A DNA stretch of 63,586 nt, counting the filler, from Octopus bimaculoides (taxonomy: Eukaryota): assembly GCF_001194135.2 (NCBI RefSeq). It is 3 parts of 2 records of this genome, joined end to end, with 100 filler letters (N's around TTAATTAATTAA, not from the genome) between each part and the next. Parts side by side here need not be neighbours in the genome. Positions count along the whole stretch, not along the records: positions 1 to 28,170 come from NC_068984.1; 2 more parts are not named here. The stretch is one strand, 5' to 3'. A model generated the notes under the pieces. The model had not been told where the DNA came from, searched no databases, and saw only the letters and a program-made list of their open reading frames with translations. Of the stretch, positions 1 through 13,000 are shown piece after piece. The position numbers were made by a program, and so were the translations under genes. Within the stretch, counting starts at the first letter, position 1, and the number at the start of each line of letters is the position of its first letter.

Positions 1-21
1 ATTATTTTGGTGTTGTTGTTG

Positions 22-56
<35 letters not shown>

Positions 57-61
57 GGTGG

Positions 62-98
<37 letters not shown>

Positions 99-158
99 AT
101 TATTATTATTATTATAATTATTATTATTATTATTATTATTATCATTATTATCATCATT

Positions 159-205
<47 letters not shown>

Positions 206-218
206 TATTATCATTATT
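1..218. repeat. Compound trinucleotide microsatellite (GTT/ATT/ATC)n
   Basis: Direct reading; explains the poly-M/I/T ORF 2..214. Confidence 0.97.
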
Positions 219-758
219 TAGTGAAAGAGCAGTGCATGCCCTCAAAGTGACACTGGGGTACAAATACACAAAGCCCGGTATATCCATCATGACTACCCGT
301 CTGATAAGGGTACACAAGGCACATCCATCACAACCATATGTGTGCTACATGATGATCTCATATCAAGATAAACAGCGCATGACCTCGCAGGTGTTGCCCA
401 GTTAGAATTTTCTTCAGGTCGAGTAGCCCATCCTACTCAAAAGTTCCCTGAATAAGGTTTGTTTAAGGATGTTGAGCAAAACACCCATGTTTCCAAAGGT
501 GAATTATTCAAACCCCAAAGAATTCCTCTCAACACATGGCTATAATGCTCCCCAACTACTTCTGCTCATGATCAGAGATGCATATATCGTCAGCCACCAA
601 GGGACATGCTCAACTGGTTAAGGTCAAACAACTGACAAGCAAATCTGTGGTATTAAGCAGAATATTTACCGTTGCCCTTCATTTTATACCAAGACAAAAC
701 AAGTACATGATAACACTTCCAATCAATTAAGATCAGAAGCCATGAGAGCCACTGCCTG
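219..758 (-). mobile_element. Unclassified interspersed repeat bounded by (ATT)n on both sides; possibly the 3' UTR of a TAA-targeting non-LTR element
   Basis: Its left end (gagcagtgcatgccctcaaagtgacactggggtacaaatacacaaagccc) recurs at about 29526-29580, also between ATT tracts. No ORF. Strand inferred from the truncation pattern. Confidence 0.55.
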
Positions 759-834
<76 letters not shown>

Positions 835-1430
835 NNNNNNNNNNNNNNNNNNNNNNNNNNNNNNNNNNNNNNNNNNNNNNNNNNNNNNNNNNNNNNNNNN
901 NNNNNNNNNNNNNNNNNNNNNNNNNNNNNNNNNNNNNNNNNNNNNNNNNNNNNNNNNNNNNNNNNNNNNNNNNNNNNNNNNNNNNNNNNNNNNNNNNNNN
1001 NNNNNNNNNNNNNNNNNNNNNNNNNNNNNNNNNNNNNNNNNNNNNNNNNNNNNNNNNNNNNNNNNNNNNNNNNNNNNNNNNNNNNNNNNNNNNNNNNNNN
1101 NNNNNNNNNNNNNNNNNNNNNNNNNNNNNNNNNNNNNNNNNNNNNNNNNNNNNNNNNNNNNNNNNNNNNNNNNNNNNNNNNNNNNNNNNNNNNNNNNNNN
1201 NNNNNNNNNNNNNNNNNNNNNNNNNNNNNNNNNNNNNNNNNNNNNNNNNNNNNNNNNNNNNNNNNNNNNNNNNNNNNNNNNNNNNNNNNNNNNNNNNNNN
1301 NNNNNNNNNNNNNNNNNNNNNNNNNGCGGCGGCAGAGGCAGCGGTGGCGGCGGAGATGGTGGTGGTGGTGGTTAGGAGGAGGAGGAGGAGGAGGAGGAGG
1401 ATTTTAATGACTGGTTGGGGTGATGATGAT
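759..1430. repeat. (ATT)n, N gap (835-1325), then (GGC/GGT/GGA)n
   Basis: Direct reading. Confidence 0.95.
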
Positions 1431-2349
1431 GGTAGATAGAACACTTTTTATGCGTTCAATCTATTTTGTTGACATTACTACTTTACACTGAATAATGCTG
1501 CAAAATAATTTTTCCCTTTCTAGTTAATGCGATCACTGCAAAAAGAAAATAATTCCATCGTCTTTGATGTAAACAACTTTAAGATAATGTGTAGTCCTAA
1601 AAATGAACATAGCTATTGCAAAGATTACATAACATTTCAATACAATGCGAATTTTTTTTAACAGAACCCATCAATATTGGTTGAATTTTCCAAAGTTTTG
1701 CTGTAATAACACTGTAAAATAAAGATAATTTAAGCTATTTCTTTAAAGTTGGAGACTTAATAGTAATTCACCTGATTTTTAGAATACTCCTCTTTACATT
1801 TTAGGCTCTGTTTAAGAGAATTATATTAGACTGGTATACGTGTTTGAAGAGCAGAAATAAGTGCAGCTCGCCGGCTGGTTTGCTAGAGTATGTATTAGCT
1901 AGATTATGTTTACGTATAAATAAGTCCATAAATTTCACTGCAGTGTTTTGTAAAAGCTGTGTTGTTACCTATTTATGATTTTAGAAGTTATTGAGAGATT
2001 TTTCTTTTTTTTTTTAGGTGGGTAGTTAAATTCGGTGTTCATTCACAAAACCGAACTGCCGATATCAAAATTGCTCTTCACTCTATTGCCCATATATATT
2101 CTTAATTAGTTTTCATTAATTAAATTTTAGTGTTGTCTCACCTGCTTTTCTTGGTGAAAATTGATAATTAAGCTACATAAGTTTTTTAAGGAAGACTTCA
2201 TTTTTTTCATTAACAAATGAAAATAAGATGTTATTTTAGTTAGGATTAAAAAAATAAAAGTATTGCGGTTATGGCAGTGTTGGAGAATATCAGCAGTAGT
2301 AGAAAATTATATTTTCAGAACTTTAAGTAAATCTACATATATGTTATAG

Positions 2350-2399
2350 ACAAGAAAATGAGTACTAGTGATGTGGTCCGGTTGTATTCCTACGACGAA
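2350..2399 (+). other. Candidate coding exon (D)KKMSTSDVVRLYSYDE, unassigned
   Basis: gttatag acceptor, AA|GTAAGA donor, only one open frame; ATG at 2358. No homology recognised. Confidence 0.2.
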
Positions 2400-2440
2400 G
2401 TAAGAAATCGATTATTATCATGCTGTTGTCATCATCGTTT

Positions 2441-2450
2441 GTGATGATGA

Positions 2451-2484
<34 letters not shown>

Positions 2485-2560
2485 GGTGGTGGTGGTGGTG
2501 ATGATGATGATAAACCATCCGTGTGTGTGTGTGTGCGTGTGTGCGTGTGTGCGTGCATGA
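2441..2560. repeat. (GAT)n(GGT)n(GAT)n followed by (GT)n
   Basis: Direct reading. Confidence 0.95.
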
Positions 2561-3064
2561 ATGTGTGATTGAAATACCTTATAGTACGTTACATTTTACA
2601 AACGACCTTCAAGTTGATATATTTGAAATTCAGTAATGTATCGAATTACATGAAAAATTCTTAGAAAATTGCTGGAAGAGCCGGAAATCTATAGCTAAAA
2701 TGTCGATGCATAAAACTACCTCACAATATAAGCTTCAGGGGTAGGAAATATATCATCGCTAGTCAACATTTATTAGACGTCGTCGACTTCATATTTAGAC
2801 ATATACTTAATATAAGTGTTTAATTTGTCTTAATTTTACACTGTCACACTAAATAGTGATTATTGCCATGTTTTATATGTCCACCTAAGACGAACTATAC
2901 ATACATTCCGAATTTAAGTACAGTAACATAATAAATTTTGTAATGCTATTATCAGTCCGAATATGCTTGAAGCACGTTCGAAACGGTGAACAAGCTACTC
3001 ATTGCGTTTTGTCACGGAAAATATATCCCATTTAATCACAAATGGTGTGTATACACCTATATCA

Positions 3065-3290
3065 GTTTGCAGCGCCGTCTACCCTTTGCATTTTGAGTTC
3101 AAATTCCGCCGAAATCGACATTGCCTTTTATCCTTTAGAGGTCGATAAATTAAGTACCAGTTGCGTACTAGGATCGATCTAATCGACTGCCCCTACCACC
3201 AAATTTCGGGCCTTGTGCCTAGAATAGAAAAGATTATTCTAAGGCAGCGAGCTGGCAGAAACGTTAGCACACCAGACGAAATGCGAGGTC
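3065..3290 (+). mobile_element. SINE family A copy plus the head of a second copy
   Basis: gagttcaaattccgccga...gccttttatcctttagaggtcgataaattaagtaccag body, tail gaaaagattatt, then head aaggcagcgagctggcagaaacgttagc; same family as 39156-39389. Confidence 0.85.
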
Positions 3291-3659
3291 AAATTTATTT
3301 TTCGTATGTTTAGGAAGGGCGCTGGATTACTAGATTGTGTTTAGCTGATAGACAAACTGTCGTGCGCTTTTTTATTTATGGCGCCCTTTAATAGTCTGCA
3401 TCAACTTTGCCTTTATTCCTCCTGCGGTCGGTAAAATGAGTTTCGATCATAAGTTGAAGGGCATATAATTGACAAAGCCCTTCTCTCTCTTTCCCGCAAA
3501 ATTCTGGTCGTGTGATGTGTAAAATATCAATATTAGTTACAACATTTGATATATTTATTTTGGAAGGGTCTTCAGTATAAATCCGGAAAACATTTCATCT
3601 TCGTAATTAGTTATATTTAACAATAAAAAGAATAAAGCCCCTTCCTTATTCATATAGAC

Positions 3660-3865
3660 TTATAGGCCCGGTTTCTTGAATTCTGTTTCCTGAATTCTGA
3701 ATTCTCTGGACGGGACGCCGGAATACTCATTTCTGCCAGCTACGTGATTGGAGCAATATGAAATGTTTTGTTTAAGAGCACAACGCACCACCCGGTCCAG
3801 GAATCAAAACCATAAGCTTACGATGAGGAGTACAACATCCCTAACCACTAAGTGATACGCTTCCA
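3660..3865 (-). mobile_element. SINE family D copy (tRNA-like head)
   Basis: Similar to 56690-56918; minus strand reads tggaagcgtatcacttagtggttaggg...ttgattcctggaccgggtgg...ctcttaaacaaaacatttc. Confidence 0.75.
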
Positions 3866-4597
3866 CTAATTTTTAACAATAATCAAACATAATAGAACCT
3901 AGTAAATCTGAAAGTGGACAAATTCATTTTCTGCTAATTAAATTCAATGAATTTGTCTTTGACATACACCCATTATAAGCAGGATTTCTTTTTGATGTCT
4001 ATTGATAGAAATATGATTTGAATTGTGGTATTATTTTGACATAGCGTTACTTTCCAAAACTCATTACATGAAATTCCTAGTATGTCTTATTTTCTTACGG
4101 CATTTGTAAATTTTGTTTATATGTTTGTAAACGTAATTTATGTAAATCATATTCCCCAGGAATTATCAAGATATGCCACAGATGTAAATTATTAACACTT
4201 TTCCACAGGACTATTGCAGTCCGTGAAATAGTTTTATATTCCTTCTTGATTCATTATCAACTGCATGTAGCTGTTCTTGACTCTGAAAAGACATCTTACA
4301 ATATATCATGCGAGAAGAAATAGTCTAATTTATAAAACAGCATTCTACTTTTGAGAATGCGAAATATTTTAGTGCATTTTTATTTGATTCATTCCTGAAT
4401 ATACAATAATTTATATCAAGTACATAATGAATCTGGTAAGGTATTTAATATAACAATACACCTAATTAAGGTTACACTTATTAAATTAATTTATTAATAA
4501 ACAAAACTTTGATTTTGGTTAGACATTAGCTGAAAGCGTGCCATATATTAAAAAATAAAGAATAAACTGTGTTACATTGTTTAAATACCTTTCTTAC

Positions 4598-4696
4598 CTT
4601 CGATGTGTTTTGCAGTGGCCTAGCACATTGCATTTCATCTTCCTTTTCTCTTCCATTAAATGGTGACAATTGATACCGGTTCTCTGTGCCAAAGAC
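4598..4696 (-). other. Candidate 99-nt exon, unassigned
   Basis: ttgcag acceptor, AAG|gtaaga donor; frame 0 open (VFGTENRYQLSPFNGREKEDEMQCARPLQNTSK); preceded by a 61-nt GT..AG intron-like segment (4757-4697). Confidence 0.25.
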
Positions 4697-5117
4697 CTGC
4701 AATTTAGATACATATGGCAATTTTTTTTTAACCGATAACTCGGCGGCCTGACTGTACCTGACATTCTTAGCCCTCTAGTTGCATTGATTTTGCTCCGCCG
4801 TCGTGGATTGACTTGCAAACTGCTGAAGTCCATTTCTCTGCATTGTTGTGGTTTTCAAAGGACGCCACACCACCACTTAGTGAGCAGGCCATGCATGGTC
4901 ATCTCTTCAGTATAAACAGCTTTCAGCCTCTAAACTTGGTGCACGCTTCAGCAAAACAGTCTCTCAGTAGGGTCATTAGTTCGGTATCTTTGCTGCTTGA
5001 CTGATCCTGTCGAGGCATACGCTCTGCTACCATTGCTACCAAATATCAATTGTCACCATCGCATCACTATGAAACAGTGAAGTCGGGTTTCGCAATGGAT
5101 TGCTAACTAGCTAGCTG

Positions 5118-5134
5118 GATAGATAGATAGATAA

Positions 5135-5201
<67 letters not shown>

Positions 5202-5295
5202 CACACACATATCTCTCTCTCCCCCTCTATCTCTCTCTATCTATCTATCTTTCTAGAGAGAGAGAGAGAGTTATAGATATATGTATGTATACGAT
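5118..5295. repeat. (GATA)n, (TC)n, (TCTA)n, (GA)n compound microsatellite
   Basis: Direct reading. Confidence 0.95.
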
Positions 5296-5849
5296 AGAAT
5301 TCCATGCATTTACAACTCGGAGCTATAGTTGAAGATACTCGCACGAAATGCTACGCAATAGAACTGGACTTAGAACCGCATTGTTACAAGCGAGCTTTTT
5401 TTTAACAACACAACCATTCTTGTACATATATTGCTGACTTTTTATTTTATTTTAGCATTCACAGCTCAGTAAATTCGAAACTTAATCGAATATACTTACC
5501 TTGTATTAGTTTAATTCTAATAAAAATGACTATTGGCTACTCTTCAATAACACTGATTCGACATTGCAAACTTCGCTAAAAAAATCCTTCTTTAATATCT
5601 TAATCTCCTTATTGCCTCAGTATAATATTTATATTTGTTTTATATAATACATATTATCAGTAGATTTGGTTAATATATTAGCTTCTAGTATCGTTAGAAC
5701 TCATTGAAACTTAATGTTTACATAATTCCACTTATGTAAACACGAATCAAAGTTCGTTGCCAGCTTTCAATATATTTCTTGAATTATATTTGTAGTTGTA
5801 TGTCTAAGAAGTTTGATTTGCAATAATGTGATCTCGGCCTCGTGTATCT

Positions 5850-5867
5850 CTGTGTGTTGTGTGTGTG

Positions 5868-5945
<78 letters not shown>

Positions 5946-6130
5946 GTATGAGTGTGTGTATACATATAGGGAGCAGACATACAGATAGACATATTTATTA
6001 AAGAACACTCAACGTATGATAATGTTCTTAATAAATTATACCTACATTTCAAATATATTTGGTCCTCTGGTTTAATTGTGTCCATCGTACAATGAGGTAT
6101 ATTTAATAGTATATATATGTCGTTGAATAT

Positions 6131-6165
<35 letters not shown>

Positions 6166-6200
6166 TACATACATACATACATACATACATACATACATAC
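5850..6200. repeat. (GT)n at about 5850-5960 and (ACAT)n/(AC)n at about 6130-6200
   Basis: Direct reading. Confidence 0.9.
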
Positions 6201-6639
6201 ACACTTGCAATGTAAAAAAGGAGAGCTTACATGTACGAAACCCAATATTAGTTTCTTTCACTGTAACTATCGCAGTATTTTGTGTTCTAACACAACATTC
6301 ACTTTTAAGTGGGGAGAAATATTACCTTTTAGTAATAATACTACTTCTGACGATAATAACTATTTTTTAATAAGTCCGCTAGCTATTCATGACACCGGTA
6401 CCTTATGGACACTATGATTCTTTGTATATCGTTCGCTGAGATATCGCTGCTACTCTACCGTCCGGGCACCTATCGTGGTCAAGGCTAAAGGCTGATATCA
6501 CGTGACCTGGTAGTCTCGGCGATGGTAATGCTGGGTGATTTATTTCCCCGCTAGTGATATAAAAAAATGTGCTTATATGTACCGAAAGCCAATAGGAGAA
6601 TATGTCTTATAGTAGCTATCGCAGTATTCTGTGTTCTGT

Positions 6640-6762
6640 ATACATATATACATACATACACACACATACATACATACATACATACATACATACATACATA
6701 CATACATACATACATACATACGTATGTATGTATTTGCGTGTGTGTATGTGTGTGTACGTATA
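6640..6762. repeat. (ACAT)n microsatellite
   Basis: Direct reading. Confidence 0.95.
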
Positions 6763-7501
6763 TATGATCTGTGTAACTTACATACCTTATTAGTGACTCA
6801 CGAAGCAATGATCAATAAAAAAACAAGTTGTAAGATGAAATAAATACTCGGATCGAAATTATCGACTAATTCCCTTGAAGACGCTACTCCATCAACGTAG
6901 AGGGTGAAAGCAGTCAAAGAATATTATAGTGGAAATATTGGCTTTCTTGAAATATTTTTGCATGTACGTTTGTAGGAAAGATTTCGTGTAAAATGTAACG
7001 TAGCATTTAAAACTCGTACTTTATTCCCAATATTAGTGATCCATATGGAACTCTTATGCTTTGCTGAACCTTCGTTATTTTCCGTTATGGTTCACCAACA
7101 TTTATGCTTCATTTAACTAATTCCATTTGCATTTTACTTCGAGAGAAAAGCGAAGCATTCAGTCAATAAGCAGACACCTAGAACTGTTTAAGAAAATATT
7201 TGTTTTTCTACACCATCTAACGTTATTCTCAGAGCATATAAGATTCGATTTAGCTCTTATCAATATTTCTCTATGTTCTGTAGGAAAACAAACTTATTTT
7301 AATTTCCATACTAGGGATAAAATGAAATGTAAGGTTTACACTAATCGTGGTGTCTCAAACTGGTATGCATTACTCAATGCCTTCTTGAAATTTCACTTAT
7401 TATTCATAGAAATGTAAAGAAATTCGTCAACATCATTGACATATCCTTTATATACATCCATAATTTGATTTCTTACATGAGGAAAATGCACTTGTGAACT
7501 A

Positions 7502-7628
7502 CAGGGTGTCCACGAGGTCTGGGTACATGGAGTAAATAAAATCATAACATAAACAATTAAATATAAGAAATAATAATTTCTTAAAGTATGTGTTAATCCC
7601 CATGTACCCAGACTTTGTGAACACCCTG
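7502..7628. mobile_element. Tc1/mariner-type MITE, 127 bp
   Basis: 29-bp TIRs CAGGGTGTCCACGAGGTCTGGGTACATGG / CCATGTACCCAGACTTTGTGAACACCCTG (3 mismatches); TA at 7500-7501 and 7629-7630; AT-rich spacer. Confidence 0.9.
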
Positions 7629-9002
7629 TATAATGACTTGTAATGAAAACTGCAATGTCATCTTATTTTTTTACTTAATATCATCCATTAATCTCTTATC
7701 TAAACGTACGAATTAATACAGTATGTGACTTGATGACTTCCTATTTCCTAAGGTATTATTACTGAGAGGCCATCTCTAGTTACAAATGTAACTACATCGC
7801 GCCATGAGCTACCTTTATTGAGGAGTCCCAAATATATTCTATACATTACTGCAACCAGTAGATCTGGCTGCCTAATTTCTGGTGATAGGAGTTAAGCAGT
7901 CACACCTTTTCAGTAGTTATTATAGTGAAACAGTCACAATTAACTATCGGCTTAGGTCTCATTAATTTACAATCAAATTAACGATCAATATTCGCATTAT
8001 ACATATCAGCAACGATGCTTTATCTGAGACAAGAGTGTCAAAACTATCTTACTATCCACTTCCATTTCACATTATGTCGAAGTCCGTAATCCAATAACGA
8101 CTAAACTGTTAAGTATGTATACTAAATTTCGCAAGAGTATCCACTTTTATATTAAATTCTTCTATTACATTTTTTTCCTTACCGGCAGACTTACAGACAA
8201 TAAATAATATTCTGAAAAAGGTCGCTCGTGCTCAACTTATAAACCATTTTCCGTTCTGGCCTTGCAGGTAGTTTTCTTCAGACATAAGTAGTATAATATA
8301 TTCATCAAGCTTATAGTTAATTCAATTTAATAATCGGGTTTCACATGCTTCCTATAATAATAGTTCATATTTCTCGACATACCTCTGTAGCTGTGGGCGG
8401 TAATATATCACCGCTTTACTTTCACTTTCAAATTCCTGTTCATCCTCAGAGATTTGATATGATACAGGTAAATCCGAGCTGATACGATAAATATCTAACT
8501 TTTATTCAGTGCTATCAGCTGCGATGAAATTCAAATATCTAGGTGTAGATATTGTTCACGTACATAAATGAATGATAGGTTCTGCGGTGAGCGATTTAAT
8601 ATCTTAGATTGAAAATGCCCATGATTAAACGAAGAGTATAAAAATATAACACTATATTTAAAACTAGTTCATTGCCCAGGTGTTATGACATACATGGACA
8701 TTGTATTATTTGCTCCTTTCTTATGGGCAGACATATAGTTAATGAAATAATGGAAGTTGTTGTTTGTTTAATAGTAAAGGGCGAGGGTACAATTTGCATG
8801 GGTTTGCATGAAAGTGTTTTCTGTTCTTAAGAAAGATCAGAAACTATGCATTATTTCATCGTATAAAAGGGGGTTAATACGATTTTGTCCAGAAATCGCG
8901 TTTTCAAAATTTTAATTACGCCCTATCCTCACCGCAATTTCTTAATTTGTAACTTTTTTTTGTTTTTTTGTTATATACGTAGAAAAATACAGAGATTACT
9001 AA

Positions 9003-9772
9003 TCTGGGAATATATATAAACGCAGAAGCAGGCACACACACACACACACTTGCACTCATAGAATTGATAATATTGAAAACAGCAAAACGTACAAGCGAAA
9101 TGAAATGTAGTCAATATAGGTGTAAAACATACTTTCTGTAGCATAGTTACACTATAAAAAATGGAAAGTCACCAATTTAGCAAAAGTTACTAAATGTAGT
9201 TAATATAGGTGCAAAACATATTTTGTGCAGCATAGTTGTGCTATAAAAAAATGGAAAGTCACCAATTTAGCAAAAGTTAGTATGCGTCACCAATGTAAGA
9301 AAGTACAGAAAGTCAACATTTATTTAGACCATGTATTAAATGTTATAAAATTCACAATTGAATGAATGTCACGGTGAAGAAAATGAAAGTTCAAGAAAAT
9401 TCAGAAGGCATAATTCAATTTTTCATAGAAAAATAATTTATTTTCCAATTTTGAAACGAACGTTAAACCAAGTGTATAGAAAAGAAGATGCTGTTGCTGT
9501 GAACGTTAATTTAAAATATTTGATGAAGGATGTGTGTAGCAAGATATAAATTAATTTGACAATACTATATATTTTTATGCACTTCGGTACCAACTATAGC
9601 GTAAAGTATATATGAATAGATATTTCTGATATGTATTCATAAGCTTAACAGGATTTTAGGGAACAAAAGTTGTGTAAAGAAGCGTATTAAAATAGAATAT
9701 ACCTATTTCTGCCGTGGGTTTCTTTTGGCTGTTCATGCAAATCGTATACATACGATTTGCACGTAATACTCG
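9003..9772 (+). mobile_element. Possible non-autonomous Helitron
   Basis: 12-bp-stem hairpin at 9736-9761 followed 8 nt later by CTCG (CTAG-like); internal 89-bp tandem repeat; the 5' end is a guess. Confidence 0.3.
9103..9281. repeat. Two tandem copies of an 89-bp unit
   Basis: aaatgtagt(c/t)aatataggtg...ggaaagtcaccaatttagcaaaagtta starts at 9103 and 9192. Confidence 0.9.
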
Positions 9773-12126
9773 AAAAATATTTTCCTGTATTCAATTAAAG
9801 CCATTAACGTCTAGGATTAAGTCTCAATGAAACTAAACAAAATAAAGTATCAGGTAAATACTGGAGACGATTTTGTTGATGGTATTACTCAATAACTAAA
9901 TAAAGTGACGTTGCCTTTATTTTATATCAGGCGTTTATAACTACTCATTTTAAACATAAAAATTAACTTTAAAAAAGTATTTCAAATTTTGGATGATATC
10001 TCTTATGACATGTCCATTTGTTTTTATGAATTTTGTATCCATTACTCTCCTTCTTTCTGCAATTGGATTCTACAAAAATAGGGTTTCCGGGATTTCATTC
10101 CACCTTTTAAAAAGAAAAACAAATCTATGTGGTCTCTAGTCATGTGAGACCCACCCATTCTGGAAATTCCTCTTGTTTTTACATAAGATACAGCAATTGT
10201 CTTTTCACCTCCAAAACCACATTCCTACTAGGTCTCAAATCTATGCTCCACATACAACTTCGAACCGTACATGAATGCGTATATGAATTAATATTGCAAT
10301 TGCGTATGAAGTCAACCTTTGAATTTAAATACACACTGTACATACACACTGTACATACACAAAATAGAGCACTCTTTGGATAATCTCAACTCCGAAAATA
10401 ATGAATATCTGTCTCAACTTTTATGATTCTGCTCTTCCTTTTCTCATTCTTACTCCACGTGTCCTTCTCCATACTTAGAATGATAGGCTCTCTGGTGTGA
10501 GATTTACTATTTTAAATGCGAAAGTGGTGTTTTTAGTTGTATATCTATTTTGTTTATATGTACGTGTGTATTTGTATGAGTGTATTTGTCTATGTGGCGT
10601 ATGTGTGTGCATGCGTATTTTGGCTATGTAGGTACGTGTAGGTGCATATACTTCCATGTACTTCTGTTCACGTATGTATATCGGAATAAATGTATATTTC
10701 TACTTACAAATAAATTCGATTGTTTATATGCATTTATGTGATGTGTGTTCATTTGTGCTTGCACGTATATGCTCGTCTGGGTGTGTGTACACTCATATTT
10801 GTAAGTAGTCTTATTTACTACTGAAGGCAATACCATAAATTGTTTTCCCTTTCTATTCATTCACAATTAATATTCTATACAATGTAATTTGAAAGAATTG
10901 TATGAGTTTCAGTGTGGAGACATATGGTTAACTATATCAGTGAATAATTATTCATAAGCTGCTATTGCCTTTTGGTTGCCGGCTTCTTTTATTTACCATT
11001 TCCCCACCGCACTCCCTTTTAATATAACCCTTCACTTCCTTTCACTTTACCTCGTTTGAGGCTATGATATTTGCTATGTTCCCTCTCCAATTCTTGATTT
11101 CCTCATAATATCTTCACCTCGCCACACTTGGCTTCCCTCCTCTTATTCCACCTTTCTTTTGAATATCTCTCTCATCCCTTTGTGCACATTAACATCATTC
11201 TTTCAAACATCACTTTTTCTTTCATATACAGGCATCACGACTAAGTGACGACCACATTTTCTGCTCTTCTTACAGTCAGACGTAGATCACGGCAAAAGAA
11301 TTAGATCCTATACTTCACAGGGTAAATTAAATTTTATCGAAACTTTCAAAAGTAATTATCGTTATCAGTATTATCATTTAAATTCTAATTACATTTAACG
11401 ATTGTAAATAAGGTGAATCATACCACGTTAGTTGTAACCACTCATATAGAAACAATATTTTTCATTAACAAAATTTAATAACGTGTAGAAGGATAAAATT
11501 CATGAAATCTTATTGGAATAGAGTATGCTTTATTTAAGTCATTTCAAAAGTATGCATTTTGTTTGATTTATTCTGAATGTGGAGAGCATTAATATACTTC
11601 TTAATGGAAATGGATTGCCAGTAATCGAAATCTGTACAAAACACATAATTATTATTGCTTAACCCCAGGCAGCCTTGAATTGTGGCCTTCTTTATATTTT
11701 ATAGTCACAGTACCTATGTGTTCATTTTAAAAATTGTAGTGTATGATCTCAATGGCAATAGGCGGCTATTTCTTTCAAATATAGTGATTGGCGAGCAAGA
11801 AGGGATAAATGAGATGAAAATTCATATTCTTCAATCGAAAACAGTTAATGCTATCAGGAGGAAGAACTGGTAATGATTATATAATTCCTGCACAAACTAT
11901 TTTTGATGGAACATTTCAATAATCAAGTTTTATGAACAGCCGCTGTTAGTTCGTACAAGTAACGTATTCCTGGAAACACATTCCTATTTTTATGCATTTC
12001 TCATACATATGACGATAAGAACTAAATATATTTCTAATCACAGATATTGTTATAGAAAAAAATCTAGCAATATAACTGAATCAGTACATGAATTGCTGAC
12101 CGCTTAGCTTACTAAAAAGCTTTATC

Positions 12127-12290
12127 AAAGAAGAAGAAGAAGAAGAAGAAGAAGAAGAAGAAGAAGAAGAAGAAGAAGAAGAAGAAGAAGAAGAAGAAGA
12201 AGAAGAAGAAGAAGAAGAAGAAGAAGAAGAAGAAGAAGAAGAAGAAGAAGAAGAAGAAGAAGAAGAAGAAGAAGAAGAAGAAGAAGAAGA
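12127..12290. repeat. Pure (GAA)n tract, about 54 units
   Basis: Direct reading. Confidence 0.98.
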
Positions 12291-12379
12291 TCCGTTACAA
12301 TAACCACGTACTTGTAAATTTCATTGAGAAGAAGGTCAGTAAAGAACCAGTCATGTAATATGATATATAAACAGCTTTA

Positions 12380-13000
12380 AAATATTTTTCAGACCATGCG
12401 TAATTGCAAGGATTCCATCTTCATTGGGAATAATGGTATAGATAGATTAGACATCCACCGTGGAAGGGGATTAGAACAGTTTAGGAAAGAAAGGAATGAG
12501 TTGAAAATGCGAAGGGACAGTTAAAACCTTCGTCGTCTCCATAAGTTCTTAGAAACAGTGACCACTATTCTTAAGTATGAGAATAATATGACTATCACCA
12601 ACAAATTGGTGAAATCTCTGTACCTTAGTGTTCGCAAGCATTTATAGAGCTGCTTGCTAAGATGATGAATGTACAGTCACAGATAAACGAATTCAAATCG
12701 CTGAGGGAGGAATCTAGATTGTGAAAATGTCCACTGCCTTGGTCCAGATTGAATCGTTTAGAGCATACGACCCAAAGAGAGGAAGGACTGATGAGATGAG
12801 AGGAGGATCAAAAAATCTGTTCAGTAATAAATTTGGAGCCAACGATATCCCGTGAGAAAATGGAGGAATGAAAAAAGTTTTAAGAGCGTGGAATATTTTT
12901 GTAGCGAAGGCAAAAACTTAGAAACTGAATGGGGTTTATTAAAACGAGGACAGAAATATGTAGGTCTCGGTGGAGCCAAGCATGGAAAAATAGAAGCTGT
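12380..13000 (+). pseudogene. Possible highly degraded 3' part of an RTE-like RT
   Basis: Faint motif echoes only (e.g. TDKRIQIAE resembling DEKRIQAFE); many stops. Confidence 0.2.

Noticed and set aside
653-1444. Long ORFs containing X runs (also 15748-16105, 21249-21854, 28609-29020, 42828-43273, 61639-62470)
   Set aside because: Open only because N gaps and microsatellites lack stop codons.
6860-6915. Hammerhead ribozyme (ttgaaga...gaaag)
   Set aside because: The core deviates from CUGANGA, stem II is weak, and stems I/III were not found; at most a decayed Penelope-type remnant.
12125-12307. Poly-L, poly-N, poly-I, poly-Y, HTHT and YIYI ORFs throughout
   Set aside because: Translations of simple repeats.
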